Positions 54,950 to 64,000 of a stretch of 64,000 bases of DNA are shown here, one piece after another. A program made the translations under genes and the position numbers. Under the pieces are notes generated by a model. The model was given only the letters and a program-made list of their open reading frames with translations. It had not been told where the DNA came from and did not search any database. The number at the start of each line of letters is the position of its first letter. Position 1 is the first letter of the stretch. The DNA is from a bacterium (GTDB taxonomy: Bacteria > UBA8248), in the NCBI GenBank assembly GCA_965261085.1, contig OZ253442.1:2464001-2528000 (forward strand). Direction: 5' to 3'.

Positions 54950-56200
54950 TTAGGCCGGCATCACCTTGGGATGCTCGAGCATGTCCTTGAGCGTGGCGAG
55001 GAACTCGGCCGCCGGCGCGCCGTCGACCAGGCGGTGATCGGCGTTGATGCCGACGTAGGCCGTCGTCCGGGCCACGACCTCTCCGTTTCGCACAACGGCG
55101 CGCTCTCGCGCCGCGCCCACCGAGAGGATGGCGGATTCGGGGTGGTTGATGATGGCGCTGAAATGATCGACCCCGTAGGCGCCCAGATTCGAGATCGTGA
55201 AGGTGCCTCCCGCCAGCGCATCCAGCCCCAAGGCGCCCGCGCGGGCCGCCTCGGCCAGCGCTCTCGACTCGCGTGAGATGGCGTCGATGGATTTCTGGTC
55301 GGCGCCCCGGATGACGGGCACCATCAGTCCCTGATCGACGGCTACTGCCACCCCGATGTTCACGTCCCGCATCTGCTCCAGGGCGTTTTCGGCGAGGCGG
55401 ACGTTCACGGCCGGGCAGCGGCGCACGGCGCGGGCGGTGTAGAAGAGGATGAGATCGTTGATGGATACCCTGACGCCGAGGTCGTTCTCCCACGCCTGGC
55501 GGCTGGCCTCGCGTACGGCGAGGAGGTTCGTGAGGTCCACCTCGGCCTGCATGGTGATGCGCGGCACTTGGGACCAGCTTGCGAGCATACGATCGGCGAT
55601 GATTTTACGCATACCCGCCAGGGGCGTGGAACTCGCCACGGCCGCGGGGCCGCTCGCGGCGGCGGCCGGTGCGGCGGGAAGGCCCGATGCCGCCGCCGCT
55701 CGCACGTCGGCCTGCACGATTCTTCCGCCCGGTCCTGAGCCTGTGAGGACGCGGTAATCGATTCCGAGTTCACGGGCCACGCGCCTTGCCGCCGGGCTGG
55801 CGAATACGCGGCCCGCAGGCGCAGTCTGCGCGGGGACGGGTGCCGCTGGAGCAGGGGCAGGCGCCGGGGCGGGTGGTGGCGTCGCAGGAGCATCCGCCAC
55901 GGTGGGTTCGGCTTTCTCCGTAGCCTTGTCGGGCTCGCCTTCAAAGCTGCTGATGTCCTCTCCCGCCTCGCCGATGACGGCGATGTCCGTGCCGCAGGGA
56001 ACGACAGCGCCTTCTCCCGCCAGCGTCTTGAGAATGAGGCCGCCGCCTGGCGATTCGACCTCGTATTCGACCTTGTCGGTCTGGATGTCGAGGATGATCT
56101 CGCCTTTTTCGACCGCTTCACCCTCGCCCTTTCGCCATTTGAGGATGGTGCCTTCTTCCATGGTAAGGCCGAGTTTGGGCATCGGGAGGGGAGTGGCCAT
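54950..56200 (-). CDS. acoC: dihydrolipoamide acyltransferase E2
   Basis: Lipoyl IQTDKV, E3-binding ASPAARR...GSGPGGRI, TFTISNLG, catalytic DHRLVDG. Confidence 0.88.
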   Translation of the reverse strand: MATPLPMPKLGLTMEEGTILKWRKGEGEAVEKGEIILDIQTDKVEYEVESPGGGLILKTLAGEGAVVPCGTDIAVIGEAGEDISSFEGEPDKATEKAEPTVADAPATPPPAPAPAPAPAAPVPAQTAPAGRVFASPAARRVARELGIDYRVLTGSGPGGRIVQADVRAAAASGLPAAPAAAASGPAAVASSTPLAGMRKIIADRMLASWSQVPRITMQAEVDLTNLLAVREASRQAWENDLGVRVSINDLILFYTARAVRRCPAVNVRLAENALEQMRDVNIGVAVAVDQGLMVPVIRGADQKSIDAISRESRALAEAARAGALGLDALAGGTFTISNLGAYGVDHFSAIINHPESAILSVGAARERAVVRNGEVVARTTAYVGINADHRLVDGAPAAEFLATLKDMLEHPKVMPA

Positions 56201-56236
56201 GAATCTTTGCTCCTAAAGATTGGATGTGTCCTGAAG

Positions 56237-57217
56237 TTATACCGTCTCTAACATACCACGAACCCCGGCGATTACGTCATCCTTGTCGGGAATGACGTAG
56301 GATTCCAGCTTGGGCGAAAAGGGCACCGGCGTTTCCTTGGCGCAGACGCGTTCGATGGGTGCGTCGAGATAATCGAAAGCGTCTTTGGCGGCCATGGCGG
56401 CGATTTCCGCTCCCCAACCGCAACGCTGCACCGCCTCATGGGTAATGAGGAGTCGGCCCGTCTTGCGGACGGAGGCGAGAATCGTCTCCACATCCAGGGG
56501 GAAAAGCGTTCTGGGGTCTATGATCTCGCAGTGAACCCCTTCTTTTGTAAGCTCATCCGCCGCAGCGAGTGATTTGCCGACCATTGATGAGGTGGCGACG
56601 ATGGTCAGGTCGCTCCCCTCTCTTTTCACCTCGGCGACGCCGAGGGGGATGACCTCCTCCTCTTCGGGAACGGCGCCTTTTTCCAGATAAAGTAGTTTGT
56701 GTTCGATAAAAAATACCGGGTCGTCGTCCCTGATGGCCGCCTTCAGAAGGCCTTTGGCATCGCGCGCGCCGGAGGGCATGACCACCTTGAGACCTGGCAC
56801 GTGAACGAACCATGCTTCTAGGCTTTGTGCATGCTGAGCGGCGGAACTGCGACCCGCACCGCCCTGGGTTCTGATGACGAGCGAAGTATTCGCCTTGCCG
56901 CCGAACATGTAGCGCACCTTGGCGACCTGATTGACGATTTGATCCATGGCGATGGCGGAAAAATCGATGTACATCAACTCCGCCACGGGGCGCATGCCTA
57001 CGAGCGCGGCCCCCAGAGTCGCGCCGATGATGCCTTGCTCTGATATGGGCGTATTTCTCACGCGCTCAGGGCCATATTTCTCCAAAAGCCCCACGGTCGT
57101 CTTGTATGAGCCGCCGAACTCAGCGATATCCTCCCCGAGCAGAAAAACCGAGTCATCTCTCGCCATTTCCTCATCCAGGGCCTCGGTAATGGCTTCCCGG
57201 TATAAAATCTCGCGCAT
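56237..57217 (-). CDS. acoB: acetoin/2-oxoacid dehydrogenase E1 beta
   Basis: LGEDI, NTPISE, AAQHAQSLE, DPVFFIEHK. Confidence 0.88.
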   Translation of the reverse strand: MREILYREAITEALDEEMARDDSVFLLGEDIAEFGGSYKTTVGLLEKYGPERVRNTPISEQGIIGATLGAALVGMRPVAELMYIDFSAIAMDQIVNQVAKVRYMFGGKANTSLVIRTQGGAGRSSAAQHAQSLEAWFVHVPGLKVVMPSGARDAKGLLKAAIRDDDPVFFIEHKLLYLEKGAVPEEEEVIPLGVAEVKREGSDLTIVATSSMVGKSLAAADELTKEGVHCEIIDPRTLFPLDVETILASVRKTGRLLITHEAVQRCGWGAEIAAMAAKDAFDYLDAPIERVCAKETPVPFSPKLESYVIPDKDDVIAGVRGMLETV

Positions 57218-57229
57218 TTCCCTTTTCCC

Positions 57230-58201
57230 CTAAACGGACGCGTAGATGTCGGTCATGGCGTCATCAAGTTCGGGCTCCGGGCTTTTCCGGGCGAATTCGA
57301 TAGCCTCTTCCATCTCTTTGTTCACGTTCGCGTAGATGGCGTCAATGCTTTTTTTGCTCAACCATTTTTTCTTCTCGAGCGTTTCTGCAAACGTGATGAG
57401 TGGGTCGCGTTTGAGCCACTTGCCCACTTCTTTGTCGTGTCCGTAAGCGGTGCCGGGATCGCCCACGTAATGGCCCAAAAAACGCATTGTTTTCGCTTCG
57501 ATCAGCGTAGGTCCGCGTCCTTTGCGGGCGCGCAAAATCGCCTCGCCGGCCACTTCGTATACAACCTGGGGGTCCATGCCGTCGACAACGATTCCGGGCA
57601 TGCCGTAGGCTTTAGCCCGATCGGCGATGTCCTGAACCGCCTGGTGAGTGGCGCGAGGAGTGCTTTCGGCGAATCCGTTATTCTCGCAAACAAATACAGC
57701 AGGCAGCTTCCAGGTAGCGGCGATGTTGATACCCTCATGGAAAGCGCCTTCATTGCTGGCTCCGTCGCCGAAAAAACTGACGGCAACGTGTTTTTCTCCT
57801 TTTAGTTGAAGCCCCAAGGCGGCGCCGGCGGCTATGGGAATACCCCCGCCCACAATGCCATTCGCCCCCAGAACTCCCAGGTCCTGATCGGCAATGTGCA
57901 TCGAGCCCCCTTTTCCTTTGCAGTAGCCTGTAACGCGAGCGTACAACTCGGCGAACATGCCCTTGTATTGGAGCCCCTTGGCGATCATGTGTCCATGGCC
58001 GCGGTGTGTAGATGTGATTTGGTCTTTCGGGGTCAGATGAACGCAAACCCCGGCGGCGACGGCTTCTTCGCCGATATAGGCGTGGAGAAAACCTGGTAGT
58101 TCTCCCGCTTGGAATAGTTCAATAGAACGTTCCTCGAACCTTCGAATGCGAACCATCGTTTCGTAAATCCACAGGGCCTTGGTCTTCGTCAATCGAATCA
58201 T
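57230..58201 (-). CDS. acoA: acetoin/2-oxoacid dehydrogenase E1 alpha
   Basis: GELPGFLH, STHRGHGH, GKGGSMH, TPP motif GDGA...ENN. Confidence 0.88.
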   Translation of the reverse strand: MIRLTKTKALWIYETMVRIRRFEERSIELFQAGELPGFLHAYIGEEAVAAGVCVHLTPKDQITSTHRGHGHMIAKGLQYKGMFAELYARVTGYCKGKGGSMHIADQDLGVLGANGIVGGGIPIAAGAALGLQLKGEKHVAVSFFGDGASNEGAFHEGINIAATWKLPAVFVCENNGFAESTPRATHQAVQDIADRAKAYGMPGIVVDGMDPQVVYEVAGEAILRARKGRGPTLIEAKTMRFLGHYVGDPGTAYGHDKEVGKWLKRDPLITFAETLEKKKWLSKKSIDAIYANVNKEMEEAIEFARKSPEPELDDAMTDIYASV

Positions 58202-58465
58202 GGTACTACCTCTTCACTGATGATTGCGCCCCAACCAGGAGGCGACTTGATCTTTGGGCAAGGAAGCCCGTAGCGCTTCTTCGGGGAAAACGCAAAACTG
58301 ATTCGCCGTTCGTTTTATTTCAAGATATTTTATCCGCTCAATTCAACAGAATCTAGCACGCCGCAAATCTTCGAGCAAGAATGACCTTATATACTACAAA
58401 GAAGCTATTCCACTTGCGCTTTCCTCGAATGGCGATTAAAATATTGATGATTTTGGCTGTTGAGT

Positions 58466-58498
58466 AAGTGGGTCAATTGATGGCCCATTCTTTTATTC
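58466..58498 (+). promoter_or_regulatory. rimP leader hairpin (attenuator-like)
   Basis: AAGTGGGTCAATTGATGGCCCATTCTTTT just upstream of rimP. Confidence 0.55.
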
Positions 58499-58515
58499 AC
58501 TCTCGGAATAGAGTC

Positions 58516-59013
58516 ATGGTGATAATTGATGTCGATAGCCAATTATGGACTATCGCCCAGGAAGTGGTTTCGGACCTTGGGTTTGAATTGGTTGACATTG
58601 AACTGACCGGGAACCGTAGCCAGCAGATCATTCAGGTATATATTGAAAAATCAGGAGGGGTTTTAATTTCTGATTGCGTAACCGTGAGCCGGGAACTCGG
58701 AGAACGTCTCGATGAGAAGGATGTCATTGAAAATTCTTATCGCCTGGAAATATCAAGTCCTGGCATTGAGAGGCCTCTACGAAAAATCCAGGATTTTGAA
58801 CGCTACGTCGGGCACCGGGTGCGCATACGTCTTAAAGGCAGGCGGAAGGGAAAGAGAAAAATTGCAGGGAAGCTAGTTGAGGTTGATGAAAATATTGTCT
58901 GTGTGCTTTTACGGAATGAGGAGAAAGCTTCATTTCCACTGGCCGATATCGTAAAAGCGAACTTGGATGTGGATTGGGATACGGAATTTCAAGGTCGGGG
59001 GAATACAGAGTAG
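58516..59013 (+). CDS. rimP: ribosome maturation factor RimP
   Basis: GFELVDIE, DCVTVSRE, YRLEISSPGIERPL. Confidence 0.95.
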   Translation: MVIIDVDSQLWTIAQEVVSDLGFELVDIELTGNRSQQIIQVYIEKSGGVLISDCVTVSRELGERLDEKDVIENSYRLEISSPGIERPLRKIQDFERYVGHRVRIRLKGRRKGKRKIAGKLVEVDENIVCVLLRNEEKASFPLADIVKANLDVDWDTEFQGRGNTE

Positions 59014-59045
59014 AGTCAGCTCAATCCATCATGGAGGAGTAGTTT

Positions 59046-60395
59046 GTGAGTCAAGAATTAATTGCGGTCCTGACACAATTGGAACGTGAGCGAGGTGTCT
59101 CCAAAAATGTGCTTTTGGATACCCTGAAAGTCGCGATGGCGTCAGCCGCGAAGAAACAATACGGTTTGGGCAAAAATGTGGATGTATCATTTGATGAACA
59201 AACCGGTGAAATTGACGTTAAAGCAGCGAAAGAAGTCGTCAGGATAGTTCAGAACCCTCAGAGTGAGATCCTTTTAGATGAGGCACGCAAGGAAAATCCT
59301 GATATTCAGGTTGGGGATTTTCTTTCACAGGGTGTCGAAACCGAGGGGCTGGGGAGGATAGCTGCGCAAATTGCTAAGCAAGTAATATTGCAGCGAGTAC
59401 GAGAGGCAGAGCGTGCGAATATTTACGAAGAATTCAAGGAGCGTGAAGGCGATTTGATTACAGGGTCTGTCTCCCAGGTAGAGCGCGGCAATATTTATGT
59501 AGATATTGGTCGTACAGAGGCGATCCTCCCTCGTCGGGAGCAAATATTCAGAGAGGTCTATAAGCGTGGTGATCGGATCCGTGCTTATATTATGGAGGTG
59601 CGCGAAATAACGAAAGGTCCTCAAATTGTTCTCAGCAGAACGCATCCTGGCTTGCTGATTCGTCTATTTGAGATGGAAGTACCGGAAATTTACGATGGCA
59701 TAGTGGCCATAAAAGATTGCGTCCGAGAGCCTAGTGGACGTTCAAAAGTTTCTGTTGTAAGTCATGAACGAGACATCGATCCCGTGGGCGCATGTGTAGG
59801 GACACGGGGCAGCCGTGTGCAATCGATTGTTCAAGAGCTTAGAGGAGAGAAAATCGATATCATCTCTTGGAGTGACGATATACGCACATATGCGGCTAAT
59901 GCGCTCAGTCCTGCCAAAATCCAGCACATCACTTTGTTTGATGATGAAGGTCGAATGGAGGTATTGGTGCCTGACGATCAGCTTTCTCTGGCGATTGGGA
60001 AAGGCGGCCAAAATGTTCGCTTGGCAGCTAAACTCTTGGGCTGGAAAATTGATCTGAAAGGTGAGGGTGAGTATCGACGCATTATTGCCGAGCAGGCATT
60101 TTCGAGCGACGACCGCCAGGAGAATGTTGCTGACGTGGAAGATCAGGACGAAAGCATTCAACCGACGGAAGCTGATGGAGACTCTGCCAGTGAATTAATA
60201 GAATTAGATCTTGTTGGTGAGAAAATGGCGCGGCTTTTGGCGGACAATGGATTTTCTACGATTGCGGCGATTAGCGCGGCATCGACGGATGAATTATGTG
60301 AGGTTCCCGGGATTGGGCCCAAGAGGGCCGAGTTGCTGATTGAAGCTGCTCGGTCTCATGAAAAATCCACTGGCATGGAGTCCCATGAGGGATGA
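59046..60395 (+). CDS. nusA: transcription factor NusA
   Basis: GRIAAQIAKQVILQRVREAER, FEMEVPEI, DPVGACVG, AIGKGGQNVRLA. Confidence 0.98.
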   Translation: MSQELIAVLTQLERERGVSKNVLLDTLKVAMASAAKKQYGLGKNVDVSFDEQTGEIDVKAAKEVVRIVQNPQSEILLDEARKENPDIQVGDFLSQGVETEGLGRIAAQIAKQVILQRVREAERANIYEEFKEREGDLITGSVSQVERGNIYVDIGRTEAILPRREQIFREVYKRGDRIRAYIMEVREITKGPQIVLSRTHPGLLIRLFEMEVPEIYDGIVAIKDCVREPSGRSKVSVVSHERDIDPVGACVGTRGSRVQSIVQELRGEKIDIISWSDDIRTYAANALSPAKIQHITLFDDEGRMEVLVPDDQLSLAIGKGGQNVRLAAKLLGWKIDLKGEGEYRRIIAEQAFSSDDRQENVADVEDQDESIQPTEADGDSASELIELDLVGEKMARLLADNGFSTIAAISAASTDELCEVPGIGPKRAELLIEAARSHEKSTGMESHEG

Positions 60396-60410
60396 TGAAG
60401 GAATGTATGT

Positions 60411-60974
60411 TTGCCAGATAGAACATGTATAGTTTGTCGGAATAAGGGAAATGTGAATATTTTTTTCAGGATGGTAATCGCCCCGGAAGGGAATATCGCT
60501 TGCGAGCTAGGAAGAAAATTGCCAGGAAGAGGGGCTCATTGTTGTTTTAATATGAATTGTATTTCGAAGCTTATTTCTTCGAATCGATTGGAAATTGTGT
60601 TGAAAAGAAGGAATTTCAGAGTCGATTCGAATGAATTGATTCGAAATGTGAGAATGCTCCTTAAACGAAATCTCAAGGGCATGTTGATTGCTTCTAAAAG
60701 AAAGGGTGTACTCACCTTTGGAAAAGAAGCGGTTTTCAAGAAGATAAAGCTCTCGAAAACGGGGAAACCGTTTGTTTCCAAAGATATATCACCTAAAAGT
60801 TTGATGAACTTGAAATATATTTCGGAAGAATTTTATATTTTGCCTTTTGCTATGAATGAACTCGGAGGATTTTTGAGTCAAAAACCGATTGGCGTGTTAT
60901 TTATCGATGAACTTCTTCTTGTGAATAGTATCTGCTTGCGCTTGATGCAGGAAAGAGCAATTTGTAATGGTTGA
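60411..60974 (+). CDS. ylxR: YlxR (DUF448) domain fused to an L7Ae/YlxQ-like domain
   Basis: PDRTCIVCR...GRGAHCC...C then an L7Ae-like tail. Position between nusA and infB. Confidence 0.8.
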   Translation: MPDRTCIVCRNKGNVNIFFRMVIAPEGNIACELGRKLPGRGAHCCFNMNCISKLISSNRLEIVLKRRNFRVDSNELIRNVRMLLKRNLKGMLIASKRKGVLTFGKEAVFKKIKLSKTGKPFVSKDISPKSLMNLKYISEEFYILPFAMNELGGFLSQKPIGVLFIDELLLVNSICLRLMQERAICNG

Positions 60975-61053
60975 AGCAAGATATGTATCGGGGTTTATCT
61001 TAGATTTACTTTCGATTTGATAATGGATGTGAAAAATCTGCAGTGGAGGATTC

Positions 61054-63312
61054 ATGGCGAGCGTACGCGTATACCAACTGGCTAAAAATCTTGGATATGA
61101 CAGCAGGACTTTTGTTGAGGAATTAGCCAGGGAAGGAATCGTAGTTAAAAGCCATATGAGTACTGTGGATGATGAAACAGCGGAACTGGTCATGGCGCTT
61201 TTTTCTCAAGAAACACTTCAAGAGGAGAAAGTGGCTCCAGCAATCAAAACTGAAGAAAAGACTTCAACAAAGGCAAAAGTTAAAAAGCCGGAAAAAGCAA
61301 ATGAGTCTGGCTTGAAAGATGTAGAATCCCAAAAAGAATCAACAGTTTCTCCTGCCATTCAAGAAGCGGCAGTTCAGGTATCTGTAACACCAGAAGATAC
61401 CGTTGTTGACGAAAAGCCAAGCGCGGAAAAAGAGAAGGTTAGTACAGAAAAACAAACAGTTTCAGACAAAACAACTCCATTACCTGAAGATAAAGTCGTC
61501 ACATCATCACCAAGTTCCAAAGTTGCCCGGGATGCCGGCAAAGAAAAACTTTCTCGCCGGCATGGAGGGCGCGTACGTATTGCAGAGACGATAACGGTGA
61601 AAGAACTCGCTGAAAAAATTAATGTAAAGGCGACAGAAGTTATCAAGGAGTTGATGAAAAAAGGCCAGATGACGACTATCAATCAAATGATAGATCACAA
61701 CACGGCTACAAATATATCCGAAACCTTCGGCTATGAAGTTGAAATATCTAAAGACAACATTGAAGATCTACTGATTCAAGAGGAGGATAGGGAAGAAGAT
61801 CTTCAGCCCAGGGCTCCTGTTATAACAATTATGGGTCATGTTGATCATGGCAAAACGAGGCTTCTCGATGCCATCCGCAAAGCCAATGTGATGGAAGGCG
61901 AAGCAGGTGGGATTACCCAGCATATAGGTGCCTATCGGGTTACCACGGACAAGGGGACGGCTGTATTTTTGGATACGCCGGGACATGAAGCCTTTACAGC
62001 AATGAGGGCGCGTGGAGCGCAAGTGACAGATTTAGTAATCATCGTAGTAGCTGCGAATGAAGGCGTCATGCCCCAGACTCGAGAGGCAATCGATCATGCA
62101 AAAGCCGCTGGAGTTCCGATTATGGTGGCGATGAATAAAATGGACTTAGCGGATGCAAATCCCGACAGGGTAAAACAACAACTCTCGACATTGGATTTGA
62201 TCCCGGAAGGTTGGGGTGGGGATACGGTTTATTCTGAAATTTCCGCAAAAGAGAATATCGGAATTGATGAGCTTTTGGACCTTGCTATTTTGCAGGCGGA
62301 ACTTATGGAGTTGAAGGCCAACCCGAACCGGCTTGCCAGCGGTGTTGTCGTGGAAGCGAAGCTGGATAGAGGACGTGGTCCGGTTGCTACTGTTTTGGTT
62401 GAACGAGGCACTTTGAATGTGAGTGATAATTTCGTAGCTGGCAAATGGAATGGCAAAGTTCGCGCATTATTCGATGACCAGGGCCGCAAGTTGAAGGTCG
62501 TGGGACCTTCTACGCCAGTAGAAATTTTGGGATTCGCCGGTGTTCCTGAGGCTGGTGATACATTTACGGTTTTAGAAGATGAGAAGATGGCGAGAGAGAT
62601 AAGCGCAAGGCGTCAACAACGTGAACGCATGGCGGCGCTGATGGCTTCAGCGCGCGTTTCTCTGGAAAGTTTCATGGAAAGCGTAGAGGAAGGCCAAGTC
62701 AAAGAGTTGAGCTTAATTTTGAAAGCAGATGTGCAGGGAAGCATAGAGGCGTTGAAGGAATCTTTGGGCAAGCTAGGGAATGAGGAGGTAGGAGTTAAGG
62801 TTCTACTTAGTGCTGTAGGTGGGATCACAGAAACCGATGTGATGCTTGCGGCTGCCTCGGCGGCCGTTATCGTAGGTTTTAATGTTCGTCCGACGCCAGG
62901 AGCCAGAGAAGTTGCGAAACATGAAAAAGTAGATATTCGATTATATTCAGTCATCTATGATGCTATCGATGAAATCAAATCGGCTCTTGAGGGAATACTA
63001 GAACCCGTTCAACGGGAAGTTGTACGCGGGCACGCGGAAATCCGGGAGCTATTCCATGTTCCTAATGTGGGAACGATAGCGGGTTGTTATGTCACCGACG
63101 GAAATATTAATAGAAATTCAAGTGCTCGCCTCATCCGGGACAATGTAGTTATCTATACGGGCAAGATTTCATCTTTGAGGCGCTTCAAAGATGATGTGAA
63201 CGAGGTTCATTCTGGTTATGAGTGTGGAATCGGAATTGAGAATTACAATGACCTCAAGCAAGGCGACCTAATAGAACCGTATATTACGGAAGAAGTATCT
63301 CGGACGCTTTAG
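61054..63312 (+). CDS. infB: translation initiation factor IF-2
   Basis: [38 protein letters not shown]. Confidence 0.99.
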   Translation: MASVRVYQLAKNLGYDSRTFVEELAREGIVVKSHMSTVDDETAELVMALFSQETLQEEKVAPAIKTEEKTSTKAKVKKPEKANESGLKDVESQKESTVSPAIQEAAVQVSVTPEDTVVDEKPSAEKEKVSTEKQTVSDKTTPLPEDKVVTSSPSSKVARDAGKEKLSRRHGGRVRIAETITVKELAEKINVKATEVIKELMKKGQMTTINQMIDHNTATNISETFGYEVEISKDNIEDLLIQEEDREEDLQPRAPVITIMGHVDHGKTRLLDAIRKANVMEGEAGGITQHIGAYRVTTDKGTAVFLDTPGHEAFTAMRARGAQVTDLVIIVVAANEGVMPQTREAIDHAKAAGVPIMVAMNKMDLADANPDRVKQQLSTLDLIPEGWGGDTVYSEISAKENIGIDELLDLAILQAELMELKANPNRLASGVVVEAKLDRGRGPVATVLVERGTLNVSDNFVAGKWNGKVRALFDDQGRKLKVVGPSTPVEILGFAGVPEAGDTFTVLEDEKMAREISARRQQRERMAALMASARVSLESFMESVEEGQVKELSLILKADVQGSIEALKESLGKLGNEEVGVKVLLSAVGGITETDVMLAAASAAVIVGFNVRPTPGAREVAKHEKVDIRLYSVIYDAIDEIKSALEGILEPVQREVVRGHAEIRELFHVPNVGTIAGCYVTDGNINRNSSARLIRDNVVIYTGKISSLRRFKDDVNEVHSGYECGIGIENYNDLKQGDLIEPYITEEVSRTL

Positions 63313-63349
63313 GTTGTTTTGCGTCGTCTTTTTTTGAAACCTCTACTCT

Positions 63350-63634
63350 ATGCCTTTTGTTGGTCTTTTGAAAATCGATATTCAGATTCCTGAATGTCGT
63401 TCGCTCAAGGCAAAGCGTAAGATAGTTCAGTCGATAACAACGCGCCTGCGTCAACGGTTCAATGTATCTGTCGCTGAAGTCGATTTTCAGGATAAGTGGC
63501 AGCGATGTCGTATCGGCGTGAGTGTAGTAAGCAATGAGGGTCGATTTGTAGACAGCCAACTTAGAAAAGTACTGAATTTCCTTGAGGGAATGGGTTTAAT
63601 CATTATATTGGATTTTGATATCGAGATTTTTTGA
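63350..63634 (+). CDS. DUF503 (YlxP) protein
   Basis: SLKAKRKIV...FNVSVAEVDFQDKWQR. Confidence 0.9.
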   Translation: MPFVGLLKIDIQIPECRSLKAKRKIVQSITTRLRQRFNVSVAEVDFQDKWQRCRIGVSVVSNEGRFVDSQLRKVLNFLEGMGLIIILDFDIEIF

Positions 63635-63658
63635 AACTCATAGAGAGAAATTGAAAAC

Positions 63659-64000
63659 ATGAGCAATTCTCGTATGCTGCGCGTGGCGGAACTCATACAA
63701 TCCGAACTCGCGAATATGGTGATGAGGGATGTGAAAGATCCACGCGTGAGGAATGTTGTAATTACTCGAGTAGAAGTGTCCCCGGATTTGAGAGTTGCGA
63801 AGGTATATTTTAGCCGTTACGGTATAAATCAAGGAAATTTTGAGGAAATTGAAGAGGGTCTCAAGGGACTTGAACGTGCCAGTGGATTCTTGCAGATGAA
63901 ACTTGCCGAACGTTTGCAATTGAAAAGTACACCTAGGCTTAAATTCTTCACCGATCGCAGTTTGGCATACAGTGACGAAATTGAACGTTTATTATCTGAT
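63659..64000 (+). CDS. rbfA: ribosome-binding factor A (runs off the window)
   Basis: MSNSRMLRVAELIQ...VKDPRV...ITRVEVSPDLRVAKVY...STPRLKF. Confidence 0.95.
   Translation, partial: MSNSRMLRVAELIQSELANMVMRDVKDPRVRNVVITRVEVSPDLRVAKVYFSRYGINQGNFEEIEEGLKGLERASGFLQMKLAERLQLKSTPRLKFFTDRSLAYSDEIERLLSD

Overview
About 53 kb of mosaic mobile DNA followed by about 11 kb of host chromosome. From the left: small hypothetical genes, an Mre11/Rad50 (SbcD/SbcC, YhaO/YhaN-type) nuclease-ATPase pair, a type I secretion operon with an 1861-aa cadherin/PPC-repeat adhesin, an orphan AapJ-like binding protein, a LysR gene with a D-cysteine desulfhydrase, then a full F-type conjugation gene set (traA L E K B V C, trbI, S26 pilin peptidase, traW U, trbC, traN F H G, traD, TrwC-like MOBF relaxase; traH is frameshifted) headed by a divergent Cro-like/CI-like switch. 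The host part holds GNAT and ACT genes, acoABC-like dehydrogenase genes and rimP-nusA-ylxR-infB-DUF503-rbfA. I see no integrase, Rep protein or tRNA. The most unusual signals are: (1) six co-oriented, diverged ~165-bp non-coding elements (R0-R5) with near-invariant internal spacing that separate the cargo modules; (2) three HTH-less S24 peptidase-domain paralogues of the CI repressor, all lacking the catalytic Lys; (3) a decayed mini-copy of the conjugative element with a different adhesin in the same slot behind the same promoter; (4) a three-level nest of IS66-type MITE > MITE > IS1111, where the IS1111 non-coding region visibly matches both its target and its own circle junction. All calls come from reading motifs by eye, not from database searches.
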